From positions 1 through 52,713 of the forward strand of contig JBBDUG010000004.1 of NCBI GenBank assembly GCA_040904025.1: 52,713 bases of DNA. The letters run 5' to 3'. The notes below the pieces were generated by a model. The model worked only from the letters and a program-made list of their open reading frames with translations. It did no database searches and was not told the origin of the DNA. Within the stretch, counting starts at the first letter, position 1; the number at the start of each line of letters is the position of its first letter. Below are positions 27,026 to 37,007 of this stretch, in pieces. Source of the stretch: Minisyncoccota bacterium (GTDB lineage: Bacteria > Patescibacteriota > Minisyncoccia > Phycocordibacterales > SW-6-46-9). The position numbers and the translations under genes were made by a program.

Positions 27026-27475
27026 ATGGCAGAAAATGATTTAAAGCTCTATGAGTTGGGATATCACATTGTTCCCACGATAGCGCAGGGAAAAATTGAA
27101 GACACAGTACGAGAAATCTCTTCTCTTGTTGAGAAGCACGGCGGTTCCGTGCGGGGAGGAGAGTTTCCAGAGATGCGTGATCTTGCATATTCCGTGACTC
27201 AACGAACTGATTCTGGGAAGAAAGAATACAAGACTGCATACTTTGGGTGGATGAATATTGACCTCTCTGCTGAGGAAATAGATTCACTTAAAGAGGAGCT
27301 TCGGTCACTTGATTCTGTTCTCCGCTTTATTCTCCTCACTAAAAAAGAAGATGACACTCCGGAAGGAGACATGTTTGATCGAGGAAGCAAATCGGCAAAA
27401 AAGGAGGAGAAAAAGATGGATGAAGAAGAAATTGATGAAAAGATAGATGAACTCGTTGAAGAGGCGGATGAGTAG
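27026..27475 (+). CDS. rpsF: 30S ribosomal protein S6 (acidic C-terminal tail)
   Basis: YELGYHIVP start pattern. Position in the conserved rpsF-ssb-rpsR arrangement. Confidence 0.85.
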   Translation: MAENDLKLYELGYHIVPTIAQGKIEDTVREISSLVEKHGGSVRGGEFPEMRDLAYSVTQRTDSGKKEYKTAYFGWMNIDLSAEEIDSLKEELRSLDSVLRFILLTKKEDDTPEGDMFDRGSKSAKKEEKKMDEEEIDEKIDELVEEADE

Positions 27476-27526
27476 AGTGGAATAAAGTGGTATGATGAAT
27501 CTATTAGCATTAGCCTCTCATTAAGT

Positions 27527-27946
27527 ATGTATCTCAACAAAGCATTCGTTATCGGAAACCTTACAAGAGATCCCGAACTCAAATCTCTTCCATCTGGCAC
27601 TTCGGTGTGTAATTTTGGTCTCGCGACTAATCGAACATACAAGGACAAGGATGGAAATCAAAAAGAATCAGCAGAATTCCACAATATCGTTGTATTCGGT
27701 CGTCAGGCTGAGACAACAGCCCAGTATCTCTCAAAAGGCTCAATGGCACTTATCGAGGGACGCATTCAGACGCGAAGCTGGGAGCAGGACGGAGAGAAAA
27801 AATACCGTACTGAGATCGTTGCCGACAGAGTTCAATTTGGACCACGTTCTGGATCTTCAGGAGGGAACACTCAACAGAAGAAATCGGATGATGAGTCAAT
27901 AGAGTATCCGAATGATGAGATTTCTCCCGATGACATCCCATTCTAA
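27527..27946 (+). CDS. ssb: Single-stranded DNA-binding protein
   Basis: NKAFVIGNLTRDPEL OB-fold start. C-terminal acidic tip DDIPF. Confidence 0.93.
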   Translation: MYLNKAFVIGNLTRDPELKSLPSGTSVCNFGLATNRTYKDKDGNQKESAEFHNIVVFGRQAETTAQYLSKGSMALIEGRIQTRSWEQDGEKKYRTEIVADRVQFGPRSGSSGGNTQQKKSDDESIEYPNDEISPDDIPF

Positions 27947-27959
27947 TTAATTCAGTATT

Positions 27960-28157
27960 ATGACGTGCTATTTTCACGAAAACGCAGATAAAACAATAGA
28001 CTATAAAAATACGGAAACACTTGAGAAGTTTCTGAATCAGAACGGACGCATTAAAGGGCGTCGGTGGACGGGGGTATGCTCCAAACATCAGCGAGCACTC
28101 TCACGTGCAATCAAGCAGGCACGAGAGATGGCACTCCTTCCGTTTGTGATTCGATAG
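27960..28157 (+). CDS. rpsR: 30S ribosomal protein S18
   Basis: 65 aa. IDYKN...L.KF......I..RR.TG.C.KHQR.L..AIK.AR..ALLPF pattern. Confidence 0.9.
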   Translation: MTCYFHENADKTIDYKNTETLEKFLNQNGRIKGRRWTGVCSKHQRALSRAIKQAREMALLPFVIR

Positions 28158-28163
28158 TTATAT

Positions 28164-28195
28164 CAAAAAAAGAGCCCGGTTTGGGCTCTTTTGTT
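28164..28195. terminator. Bidirectional terminator between rpsR (+) and recA (-)
   Basis: A-run, then AGAGCCC / GGGCTCT hairpin, then T-run. Confidence 0.65.
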
Positions 28196-29228
28196 ATATC
28201 TCTTTTTTCATTTCCTCCTTTATCTCTTTGAGTATTTTGGCTGCTTCTTTTTTGTTCTCGAGAAGGTATTGTCGGGTATTGTCGTACCCCTGTCCCAGAG
28301 TCTCGTCTTCGTACTTATAGTATGCACCGGCTCTTTCTATGACATCATACTTCTCTCCCAGTGCGATTATCTCTCCTTCACGTGAGATGCCTTCTCCATA
28401 CATAATATCGAATTCTGTCTCACGAAATGGTGATGCGACCTTGTTCTTTACTACCTTTACCTTTGCACGACTACCGACAGCTTCATCGCCTTTCTTTATC
28501 TGTGCTCTACGTCGGATGTCGAGACGCACAGAGCAATAGAATTTGAGAGCTCTTCCGCCTGGTGTTACCTCAGGTGACCCGAACATCACACCAATCTTCA
28601 TTCGGATCTGATTTATGAATACAACAATCGTCTTTGATTTATTAGTGATAGAGGTGAGCTTCCTAAGGGCCTGTGACATCAGACGCGCCTGTTTTCCAAC
28701 ATGATGGTCTCCCATCTCTCCCTCGATCTCGTCACGAGGGGTGAGGGCGGCTACTGAGTCGATAACGATAATATCAACATTTCCTGAACGTACGAGGGAC
28801 TCAACGATATCAAGTGCTTGTTCTCCTGAGTTTGGCTGCGACAGGAGAAGATTATCAGTATCAACACCGATATTCTTTGCATATATAGGGTCGAGTGCAT
28901 GCTCTGCATCGATGAATGCAGCTACGCCGCCTGCTTTTTGTGCTTCAGCCACACAGTGAAGAGCCAGCGTAGTCTTACCAGATGCTTCTGGTCCATATAT
29001 CTCAACAACACGTCCGCGGGGGAGTCCCCCTACTCCCAACGCTTCATCAAGGCCGATAGAGCCGGTAGAGATGGTCTTAACATCCATATCGGGAGTCTCA
29101 CCGAGCTTCATGATCGCACCTTCTCCGAACTTCTTTTCAAGTTCTTTGAGTGTTGAGTCTATTTTCTTTGAGTTGTCATCACTCTTGCTCTTTTTAGGTT
29201 CTTTCTTCTTAGCTTTCTTTTTTGCCAT
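28194..29228 (-). CDS. recA: Recombinase RecA
   Basis: 344 aa. [12 protein letters not shown] Walker A and the full RecA core. Confidence 0.97.
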   Translation of the reverse strand: MAKKKAKKKEPKKSKSDDNSKKIDSTLKELEKKFGEGAIMKLGETPDMDVKTISTGSIGLDEALGVGGLPRGRVVEIYGPEASGKTTLALHCVAEAQKAGGVAAFIDAEHALDPIYAKNIGVDTDNLLLSQPNSGEQALDIVESLVRSGNVDIIVIDSVAALTPRDEIEGEMGDHHVGKQARLMSQALRKLTSITNKSKTIVVFINQIRMKIGVMFGSPEVTPGGRALKFYCSVRLDIRRRAQIKKGDEAVGSRAKVKVVKNKVASPFRETEFDIMYGEGISREGEIIALGEKYDVIERAGAYYKYEDETLGQGYDNTRQYLLENKKEAAKILKEIKEEMKKEI

Positions 29229-29229
29229 A

Positions 29230-29652
29230 TTACTGAGAGTTAATTGTATGTATAGTGCCGGCGAGGGGAGAGGAGGTTGTGTGCGTGATAGTTGTCTCTT
29301 GTTCTGTATATACTATCTGTCGTCGTGTTGTGATCTCTCGTCCGAATCGATCGGTTCCGGTTAGCTCAACAGTATTGTATCCGGGAACAAGAAGAAGTTC
29401 TTCTGCAAATGTCCCTTCTTGCGTCATAGTGATAGATCGGCCGTTTAAATAGAGATGAGAGAGATTTTGTACTGATCCTCGTACTTCGATCAGCGGCTTT
29501 TCTAGATGTGCATTATCCTCTGGAGTGATGAGGGTGAGAGAGGGGCCAGCGAGGAATGGATTGACTGCATGATATCCATATCCGAGGAGTGCTCCGACAA
29601 AGAGGGTGATCATTGTGTATTTAATAACTGTGCCGAGTGTGAGTGTTCTCAT
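29230..29652 (-). CDS. Hypothetical membrane-anchored protein with an Ig-like domain
   Basis: N-terminal TM helix and a beta-rich ~100-aa domain. Wedged between ftsK (4-nt overlap) and recA (1-nt gap), implying an operon. Confidence 0.55.
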   Translation of the reverse strand: MRTLTLGTVIKYTMITLFVGALLGYGYHAVNPFLAGPSLTLITPEDNAHLEKPLIEVRGSVQNLSHLYLNGRSITMTQEGTFAEELLLVPGYNTVELTGTDRFGREITTRRQIVYTEQETTITHTTSSPLAGTIHTINSQ

Positions 29653-31838
29653 GATTCGTCTTCTTCAAGCTCTTCTCTTGCCTCCTCGTACTCTTCTTGT
29701 TCGACGAGGACTTCTCGTGCCCTTGAACCTTCTTGTTCGCCGACAACACCGGATTCTTCAAGTTGATCCATGATGCTGGCTGCACGTGCATACCCGATGC
29801 GGAGCTTACGCTGCAGATATGATGTCGATCCCTTTCCGGCGCGGATGACAATATCACGTGCTTCCTCGTAGAGGTCATCTCTCTCTTCTTCCTCTGCAAT
29901 CGATTCAAATATCGCCTCTACATCCTTCTCTTCATTGTCGGTGATATTGATCTCATCCGCAAGGTCTTCATATTGGTCCTTGAGGTATTGCACAACAGAC
30001 TTAACCTCTTTCTCGGAGATAAAGGCAGATTGGAGACGGACCGGCTTTGACATATCTCCTGATTGGTAGAGCATATCTCCTGCTCCGAGAAGTTTTTCCG
30101 CGCCGACACCATCGAGAATAGTGCGGGAGTCTACCTGTGATGAGACCTGAAGGGCAATACGGGTTGGGATGTTTGCCTTGATGAGGCCGGTGATGACGTT
30201 AACCGATGGGCGTTGTGTAGAGAGTACCAAATGGATCCCTACAGCACGGCTCATCTGTGCAAGGCGTACAATTGCTGATTCAAGTTCACGTGGGTATGCG
30301 GTCATGAGGTCGGCGAGCTCATCGATGACAACGACGATGTATGGCATGAGATATGGCTCTTCGTTCTTTTCTTTGTTTTTCTCATACTTCTTCTGGAGTT
30401 TGGGGAGTACATTATTGTGATATGAGTTTATATCACGGACAGTGTGGTCCTGGAGTATGTCATATCGGCGTTCCATCTCTTTTGCTGTCCATTTGAGGGC
30501 GAGAATGGATTTCTTTGCGTCTGTGATGACAGGGGTGAGTAGGTGGGGAATACCGTCGTAGAGGGTGAGTTCTACGCGTTTAGGGTCCACCATGATGAAC
30601 TTCAACATATCTGGTGAGTTGCGGTATATGAGGGAATTGAGAAGTGTATGAATAGTGACAGATTTTCCGGATCCGGTTGCACCAGCAATGAGGATATGAG
30701 GTGCTTTTCCGAGATCTGCAACTCGTGTATTACCGGAGATACCTTTTCCGAGGGAGATGAGGAGTGGTTTGTCAGACTTCTTGTACTCTGAGGAGGACAG
30801 GAGTTCTGCTAGACGCACTATTGCCTTTGAGGTGTTTGGTACCTCAATACCGACAAGGGCTTTGCCGGGGATAGGGGCTTCGATGCGGACCGGGTATGCG
30901 GCAAGTGCAAGTTCAAGATTATTCTGCAGCCCTACGATCTTTGAGAGACGTACACCTTCTGCTGGTTTGAGAGCATAGCGGGTGACTGTTGGGCCGATAG
31001 ATATCTCATCCATCTCCACGTTGATCCCAAAGTTTGCAAGTGTGCGTTTAATGAGATTTGCGTTTGCTTTCACATCACCGACACTTGGTTTTCCTGTTGA
31101 GGTGTCCAGAAGAGATACAGGAGGTGCTTTATATTCTTTCCCGCTTGCTGAGACTGAGAGGGCAGGGGTATCAGCATCATCATCACTTGTCTCTTCTTTT
31201 TTGCGTGCAAAGTTGGAGATGGAGAAACCTTTCTTCTCTTGTTGTTCTTCCTCATCATCTCTAGGTTCTGGTTCAGGAGAAGGGGTGATGAATGCTTCTT
31301 GTTCTCCTGTTGTTTCTTCCTCTCCCTTTTCACCCCACCATGATCTCCAGATTGCGAGTGTCTCGAGGCGGATACGGTGCTCAGCAATGAGTACAATTGC
31401 GATGAGGATAAGGGTGATGAGGATTGCGAGTGACGCATAGAAATCGAAGAGGGAGATGAGAGGAGATGTAATGATTCCACCGAGGAGACCGCCGCGATCT
31501 GCAAATAGGATCTCAACGAGTCCAAGTCCTGAGAGGAGGAAGAGGAGGGCGCCGGCAATGCGGGGGAGTGCAAGATCAGTATCCTCTCGCTTTATGAGGG
31601 CAATGACGACAATGAAGAAAAAGGCAGGGAAGAGAAAGTACCCTGTTCCTAATAGATAGGTGAGAAATGTATGGAGCTTTGTTCCGACCAGACCTGCCTT
31701 TCCGATCCCTGCAAGGATGAAAAAGATACCGGCAGCAAATGAAAGAATTGCCCAAACACTTGTGCGTACTTCTGGTTTCAAAACTGGATCCTTCTTGCCT
31801 TTTGATTTTTTCTTTCGTCCTTTCTTTTTCTTCGCCAT
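29649..31838 (-). CDS. ftsK: DNA translocase FtsK/SpoIIIE
   Basis: 729 aa. N-terminal TM helices, GATGSGKS Walker A, C-terminal gamma wHTH (STSYLQRKLRIGYARAASIMDQLEESGVV). Confidence 0.95.
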   Translation of the reverse strand: MAKKKKGRKKKSKGKKDPVLKPEVRTSVWAILSFAAGIFFILAGIGKAGLVGTKLHTFLTYLLGTGYFLFPAFFFIVVIALIKREDTDLALPRIAGALLFLLSGLGLVEILFADRGGLLGGIITSPLISLFDFYASLAILITLILIAIVLIAEHRIRLETLAIWRSWWGEKGEEETTGEQEAFITPSPEPEPRDDEEEQQEKKGFSISNFARKKEETSDDDADTPALSVSASGKEYKAPPVSLLDTSTGKPSVGDVKANANLIKRTLANFGINVEMDEISIGPTVTRYALKPAEGVRLSKIVGLQNNLELALAAYPVRIEAPIPGKALVGIEVPNTSKAIVRLAELLSSSEYKKSDKPLLISLGKGISGNTRVADLGKAPHILIAGATGSGKSVTIHTLLNSLIYRNSPDMLKFIMVDPKRVELTLYDGIPHLLTPVITDAKKSILALKWTAKEMERRYDILQDHTVRDINSYHNNVLPKLQKKYEKNKEKNEEPYLMPYIVVVIDELADLMTAYPRELESAIVRLAQMSRAVGIHLVLSTQRPSVNVITGLIKANIPTRIALQVSSQVDSRTILDGVGAEKLLGAGDMLYQSGDMSKPVRLQSAFISEKEVKSVVQYLKDQYEDLADEINITDNEEKDVEAIFESIAEEEERDDLYEEARDIVIRAGKGSTSYLQRKLRIGYARAASIMDQLEESGVVGEQEGSRAREVLVEQEEYEEAREELEEDES

Positions 31839-32014
31839 GTATGGGATTATTATAGCATTCTACCCGACACCTGTTTACTGTTGATAAAAAGGGGTGCTCG
31901 TTTTTAGAAAAATATTCTAAAAGGGGAGAGTTGCCGAGATTTAAAACCCGTGTTGTGTACACCCAAATGTCCTTTACATTTAGGACTGTCCGTTATATAA
32001 TAAACGACAATCAA

Positions 32015-32071
32015 AGACAGTCTTTAAGTTATAAAAGACATGTCTTAGACAGATAAAAGACATAAAGGACA
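32015..32071 (+). repeat. Five phased (A)AAGACA / GGACA direct repeats immediately upstream of the 32073 regulator gene
   Basis: AGACA at 32015, 32036, 32047 and 32058, and GGACA at 32067. The last four are spaced 10-11 bp apart. Confidence 0.6.
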
Positions 32072-32072
32072 T

Positions 32073-32798
32073 ATGGCCGAAAATCAGGATAAAACAGGGG
32101 CAATAACCGGCGAGGCACAGGACTTCCTCTCCCAAAAACTTGAGAAAATAGCTCATGCTATTTATCTTATTACCTCCTCGTTTCCCCATGATGAACCACT
32201 GCGATCTGCACTCCGCGATCTCAGCTTGTCTCTTCTTCGTGTCCGAGAGTCCCTTATCGGAGGAATGTCCCATAACACTGAATCTGTCTATAATCTATCA
32301 GACATGCTTTCGGAGCTTGGTTCTCTTATCGGACTTGCACGTGCTTCACGTCTTATCTCTGAGGCAAATGCGGTAATACTGGAGAGAGAACTAAATGCAT
32401 TGCGTGATGTCGGGAAAGATCTCTATGGAGACCCCCTTCTTTCAGCGGGGGATCTCTCGGTGAGCACAGACAAGAAAGCGCTCAAGTCAGCCAATGTTCA
32501 AGGAGGCGCTGAGAAGAAGGGGGATAAGAGCTCAGCAAAGGCGCAGAAGAATTCTTCGGGTACCCCGGGTGTCTCCAAAGCAAAGAAGAATCGACGGGAT
32601 GCAATTCTTGAGGTGCTTTCTGATACCGGCGAGGTTGGTATCAAAGAGATCTCTAAAGAAGTGCGGGGATGTTCCCGAAAAACAATTCAGCGAGAACTCT
32701 CCACATTGACTGATAAGGGGCTTGTGGTTAAAGAAGGAGAACGTCGCTGGAGTACGTACCGACTTTCACCAGAAGGGCGCGCTGTTGCGGGCTTGTAA
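32073..32798 (+). CDS. Putative transcriptional regulator with a C-terminal DeoR-like winged helix
   Basis: C-terminal NRRDAILEVLSDTGEVGIKEISKEV.GCSRKTIQRELSTLTDKGLVVKEG pattern. N-terminal helical domain and a Lys/Ser-rich linker. Confidence 0.6.
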   Translation: MAENQDKTGAITGEAQDFLSQKLEKIAHAIYLITSSFPHDEPLRSALRDLSLSLLRVRESLIGGMSHNTESVYNLSDMLSELGSLIGLARASRLISEANAVILERELNALRDVGKDLYGDPLLSAGDLSVSTDKKALKSANVQGGAEKKGDKSSAKAQKNSSGTPGVSKAKKNRRDAILEVLSDTGEVGIKEISKEVRGCSRKTIQRELSTLTDKGLVVKEGERRWSTYRLSPEGRAVAGL

Positions 32799-32935
32799 GA
32801 TGGAGGAGATATGTACGTCTTCGCAGGTTACATAGGCCGTTGACAGCTGTATTCACTTATGCAAGTCTATGAGTGGTAAAAGGGGATGATTAGAGTGAGG
32901 GAGAGCGACGTTCTCCCTCTTCAAAAGGAGTCCAG

Positions 32936-32944
32936 TTATCCACA
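32936..32944 (+). promoter_or_regulatory. Perfect DnaA-box-like 9-mer TTATCCACA
   Basis: Exact string; TATACT follows 31 nt downstream (32976-32981). Confidence 0.5.
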
Positions 32945-33267
32945 CTTATCCTTTGGTCTCGCCCTCGAGAGATACTATACTTTAAAGAGTACCGCGGGAC
33001 TGTTCCTCTCAGAGTTTAGTTTACCGATAGGGCAACGGAATATTTATTCGGTTGTCCTTTGGAAAACTATTCCAGTATAGGTTGATGCGCGTAAGCGCAA
33101 CCCGTACACTTGAACTTTGACAACTGTAATACGTAAACTGCTTCTTAGCACTAACGTGTGCATCGCACACTTGTTGTGCGAGTCAAAGATTTGGTTGTTG
33201 CGGGTACACCTATATATGTACCTGTCACAGCAACCTCGTTGCTAACCACAGGTACAACCTGACAGGT

Positions 33268-33290
33268 TAGTAATTACTAGTAATTATTAG
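33268..33290 (+). repeat. Tandem 10-bp repeat TAGTAATTA(C/T), 2.3 copies
   Basis: Read directly from the sequence. Confidence 0.7.
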
Positions 33291-33296
33291 CAATGT

Positions 33297-33340
33297 GATT
33301 GCCGTCTCCTCAATTATTATCAATAATTGTGACGGCAGTC
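33297..33340 (+). promoter_or_regulatory. Long composite hairpin in the leader of the surface protein gene
   Basis: Outer arms GATTGCCGTC (33297-33306) / GACGGCAGTC (33331-33340). Inner arms CAATTATT (33311-33318) / AATAATTG (33322-33329). Confidence 0.5.
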
Positions 33341-33384
33341 ACTCGTCCCGCTAATGGGACACAATTAATTAATTATCAGACGAT

Positions 33385-35445
33385 ATGAAACTTAAGAAAG
33401 ATTCAGTTTTGGCGAGAGCTCTGACTGGAGTAGTTGCTATCGCCGCTGGTACGTTCATGCTCGGTTTTGCCGCAGTTCCTGCACAAGCAGATCACACTGT
33501 AGAGCACCAGATTGAACAGCTACTTGCACAGATCGCAACTCTTCAAGCACAGCTTAACGCCGGCAGTGGGTCCACATCAGGACTTTACTGCGACTTTACA
33601 TTCATCCGTGACCTCAATGTAGGTTCTACAGGACAGGATGTAATGGCACTTCAGAAGTTCCTTAACTCCGTTGATGGAGTTCAGGTTGCAGCTTCTGGAG
33701 TAGGTTCAGCAGGAAGTGAAACTTCCTACTACGGACCGCTTACTGCACAAGCAGTATCAGCGTTCCATATGAAGTACTCATCTGAGATTCTTGCACCACT
33801 TGGACTTACAAGTGGAACAGGATACTTTGGTCAGTCTAGCCGCGCAAAGGCAACTCAACTTTGTGCAGCAGCTCCAGCTCCTGACACAGGAGATGATGAT
33901 GAGCCAGCAGACGACGGTGATGATGACCTCTCAGGAGGAGAGGGAAGCATCACAGATTACGATGCACTCTCAAAGTTTGACAGTGAAGACGTATCAGAAG
34001 GTGAGACAGAGACAGTATTCGGATTTGACTTCGAAGCCGATGGATCTGACATCTCAGTACGTCGTGTAGATGTTGCCTTTGAGGCAAAGGGTTCACCCGA
34101 TGCAGCAGCAGAACCGTGGGACTTCTTTGAAGAAGTAAATCTTTACCATGGTGATGATCAAGTAGCATCTATGACTGCAGATGATGAGGATGATTGGGAG
34201 GATATCACTTCTACCAACATCGATGGTGAATCTGATGAAGACATGTACCGTATGCGCTTCTCAGGACTAAGCGAAGTTGTTCGTGAAGACGACAACAGCG
34301 AATGGTCTCTAGAGGTTGTGGTACGAGATGTTGTTGACTCAAATGATGACGACCAAAGCTTCGTTGTCGCTGTTGTAGATGATGGTATTCGTGCAGTTGA
34401 TGCTGCGGGAATCAACATCTACGGTGGCTCTGACACTGAAACAAGCACATTCACCGTTGACGCACCTACAGCTGGTAAGATCACAGTCTCTGGTTCAGAT
34501 GACTTTGACGACCCAATTGTGGTTCAGCTAGATGATGAAAACGATACCGACGATGTGACTGTTGGTATGTTTGAAATCGAGGCTGAGGAAGGAGACGTTA
34601 CTATCGAGGATCTTCCTGTAGATCTTGCAATGACCGTAGATGAGGACATTGAAGATCTTGTAACAAGTCTCTCACTCTATGCAGACGGCGATCTTATCGA
34701 GAGCAAGTCTGTTACAGGTAACACCTCTGGTTCCACAACTATCACCTTTGACGATATCGACTACGAAATCGAAGAAGATGATATTGTAACCTTTACTGTT
34801 ATGGCTGATCTCCAAGAATTGGATGATTCAGAAGCTCAAGGTGAAGGTGATTCTTTCTACGTTGCAGTCTTCGGAGCAGAAATTACTGCTGAAGATGCAA
34901 ATGGAGAGGATGCTACCCTTAACGGAAACTGGAACATTAACGGAGACGATGATGTAACTGTTTACACCAAACTTCCACAACTCACAGTTGGTGAGAAGTC
35001 TGCTACACGAAGTGATGACGGAAGTGGAAACTATTACGACGCTTCATACGAGATCGTATTTAGTGTTGAAGCAGAAGGTGGAGACATCTACATTCCAATT
35101 TCTGGTCACGCTACAACAAGTGACACCGATCCAGGAACATCAAGTAACAGTGGTGTAGAAGTTTATGTAGAAGGTCTATCAAATGACACTGCTTCAAGCA
35201 GCGGAATCACTGTAACCCTTCAATCAGATGCAGACGATGATGGCACATACTACATTGTTGATGAGAATGAATCAGAAGAATTTACTATTCTCGTTCAGTA
35301 TGACAATGAGAATGCCACAAACTCTGACTTCTACAGAGCTGTAATGACCGCCCTTAACTGGGATATCACAGATCAAGATCCTGACTTCGCCTTTACAACA
35401 GGCCTTGACAACTACAAGACTGGTCAAGTATTCCTTGACAACTAA
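33385..35445 (+). CDS. Secreted, extremely acidic cell-surface protein with a peptidoglycan-binding (PG_binding_1-like) domain
   Basis: N-terminal signal/anchor, then a coiled segment. LNVGSTGQDVMALQKFLN...YYGPLTAQAVSAFHMKY matches the PG-binding repeat. The remainder is D/E/T-rich and beta-rich. Confidence 0.75.
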   Translation: MKLKKDSVLARALTGVVAIAAGTFMLGFAAVPAQADHTVEHQIEQLLAQIATLQAQLNAGSGSTSGLYCDFTFIRDLNVGSTGQDVMALQKFLNSVDGVQVAASGVGSAGSETSYYGPLTAQAVSAFHMKYSSEILAPLGLTSGTGYFGQSSRAKATQLCAAAPAPDTGDDDEPADDGDDDLSGGEGSITDYDALSKFDSEDVSEGETETVFGFDFEADGSDISVRRVDVAFEAKGSPDAAAEPWDFFEEVNLYHGDDQVASMTADDEDDWEDITSTNIDGESDEDMYRMRFSGLSEVVREDDNSEWSLEVVVRDVVDSNDDDQSFVVAVVDDGIRAVDAAGINIYGGSDTETSTFTVDAPTAGKITVSGSDDFDDPIVVQLDDENDTDDVTVGMFEIEAEEGDVTIEDLPVDLAMTVDEDIEDLVTSLSLYADGDLIESKSVTGNTSGSTTITFDDIDYEIEEDDIVTFTVMADLQELDDSEAQGEGDSFYVAVFGAEITAEDANGEDATLNGNWNINGDDDVTVYTKLPQLTVGEKSATRSDDGSGNYYDASYEIVFSVEAEGGDIYIPISGHATTSDTDPGTSSNSGVEVYVEGLSNDTASSSGITVTLQSDADDDGTYYIVDENESEEFTILVQYDNENATNSDFYRAVMTALNWDITDQDPDFAFTTGLDNYKTGQVFLDN

Positions 35446-35497
35446 GGTAAGTTAAAGATCTAGATTTTCTCTCACGAATTCTCGTGTGAGCAAACAA

Positions 35498-35525
35498 ACA
35501 CCCCGCCTTTTGGCGGGGTGTTTTG
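35498..35525 (+). terminator. Strong intrinsic terminator
   Basis: ACACCCCGCC-TTTT-GGCGGGGTGT followed by a T-run. Confidence 0.8.
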
Positions 35526-35539
35526 TTATTGAAGAGGGG

Positions 35540-35698
35540 ATGCTACACTATCTGTATATGCAGAGCCTGTCCTCATTTACCAAATTTCTCCTCGGCTTCA
35601 TTCTCATCATTGCGATAAGTCTTGTTATCACTTCACTCATACCACCTGATAATCAGGAGGCAGCAGTAGAGGAGTGTGGTGTTGATGAGATCTGTTAG
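35540..35698 (+). CDS. Possible small membrane peptide (52 aa)
   Basis: ORF downstream of the terminator with one TM segment; ribosome-binding-site geometry is poor. Confidence 0.25.
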   Translation: MLHYLYMQSLSSFTKFLLGFILIIAISLVITSLIPPDNQEAAVEECGVDEIC

Positions 35699-35710
35699 AG
35701 GTATAAAACA

Positions 35711-35744
35711 ATCCCCATAGAATCTAATTAGATTCTATGGGGAT
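35711..35744 (-). terminator. Terminator of the yqeY-like gene (perfect 15-bp stem)
   Basis: ATCCCCATAGAATCT-AATT-AGATTCTATGGGGAT. On the minus strand it is followed by TGTTTTAT. Confidence 0.7.
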
Positions 35745-35760
35745 TGAACGTATTTCTGGC

Positions 35761-36213
35761 TTAGTTAAGTACGTCTTGTACGATATCTTTTACTCTATTT
35801 CCATCAGCTCTTCCTTTGACTTCACTCATGACTACCCCCATGAGTTTACCCATATCTGCCATACTTTCTACTCCTGTTTCTTCTTTTTTCTCCTCTACGA
35901 TACTGCGGAGCTCTTCATCTGAGAGTTGTTCTGGGAGATACTCTTCGAGTATCTTAAGTTCCTTCTCTTCTTTTTCTGCAAGGTTGGGTCTATTTCCTTT
36001 CCTAAATTGCTCGATAGAGTCTTTGCGTTGTTTTGCGAGCCGTGTGATTACTTGTATAAGATCATCTTCTTCAAGTTGTTCTGTTGGTTTTCTTTTTTGT
36101 GATACTAGTTCATTTGTTGCTTCGCTCTTAATATTTCTCAATACCGACTTACGCAACTCATCTTTTTCTGTCATGGCTTTCTTTAGGTCTGCCTCTATTT
36201 TTTCTTGTAGCAT
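35761..36213 (-). CDS. GatB/YqeY-domain protein
   Basis: 150 aa. N-terminal L.E.I..DLK.AM..KD..R..VLR.I pattern of the YqeY family. Confidence 0.8.
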   Translation of the reverse strand: MLQEKIEADLKKAMTEKDELRKSVLRNIKSEATNELVSQKRKPTEQLEEDDLIQVITRLAKQRKDSIEQFRKGNRPNLAEKEEKELKILEEYLPEQLSDEELRSIVEEKKEETGVESMADMGKLMGVVMSEVKGRADGNRVKDIVQDVLN

Positions 36214-36263
36214 ATATTATCTTTGATTACCGAGTATGTGTTCCGTATTATACCTCAAAAGCC

Positions 36264-37007
36264 ATGCATGTAAGGGATTCTTTGATATACTGGGAGTATA
36301 TGAAAGATAATAATGCAGTATTCAATAGTGGTTTTTTTGAACAGCGACGGACAATTGAAAGCTTAATTGAAGAGAGTCGAGCAGATACAGATTTCTATCT
36401 TTTTGTATCCTTTGGAGTCTTTATCACTACACTTGGACTCCATATAGATAACGCGATTATTGTTATCGGGGCTATGCTCATCACCCCCATTCTTTTTCCC
36501 ATACTTGCTTTGGGTATGGGAGTCGTGACCTCTTCGCAGGAGTCTATTGGACGATCACTCTCGATTATTCTCAAGACTCTTGTGGTTGGTGTACTTGTTT
36601 CGTTTGTGACCTCCTTTCTTCTCAATCAGCATGAGATGACTGAGCAGATACTCCTTGCATCTACTCCGAACCTCCTCTACTTCTTTATCGCATTTGCTTC
36701 AGGAATCATTGCCTCATACTCATGGGTCAAGCAGTCTATATCTCGTAATTTACCGGGTGTGGCGATCAGTGTTGCATTGGTGCCTCCTCTCTCTGCAATT
36801 GGAGTTGCAATATCACTCTTCTCACAGGATGTATTCTCCGGCTCTATTATGCTCTTTGCTATCAACCTCATCGGTATTGTTCTTGCCGGTATTCTCGTTT
36901 TCTCACTCTTCGGATTTGCCGACTTGCGGCATGTAGAGGAGCGTGAGATACGAGAAGAGAAGCGTGAAGAAGAAGCAGATCGTGTATTAGAGAATCAGCA
37001 TGAATGA
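36264..37007 (+). CDS. DUF389-like hydrophobic-domain membrane protein
   Basis: Multi-TM; GAMLITPILFPILALGMG pattern as recalled for DUF389/TIGR00271. Start may be the internal Met at 36300. Confidence 0.5.
   Translation: MHVRDSLIYWEYMKDNNAVFNSGFFEQRRTIESLIEESRADTDFYLFVSFGVFITTLGLHIDNAIIVIGAMLITPILFPILALGMGVVTSSQESIGRSLSIILKTLVVGVLVSFVTSFLLNQHEMTEQILLASTPNLLYFFIAFASGIIASYSWVKQSISRNLPGVAISVALVPPLSAIGVAISLFSQDVFSGSIMLFAINLIGIVLAGILVFSLFGFADLRHVEEREIREEKREEEADRVLENQHE

Noticed and set aside
31980-32273. 97-aa minus-strand ORF in the ftsK/regulator divergent region
   Set aside because: It overlaps the repeat array and the 5' end of the better-supported + strand regulator gene. It has no ribosome-binding site and no recognisable motif.
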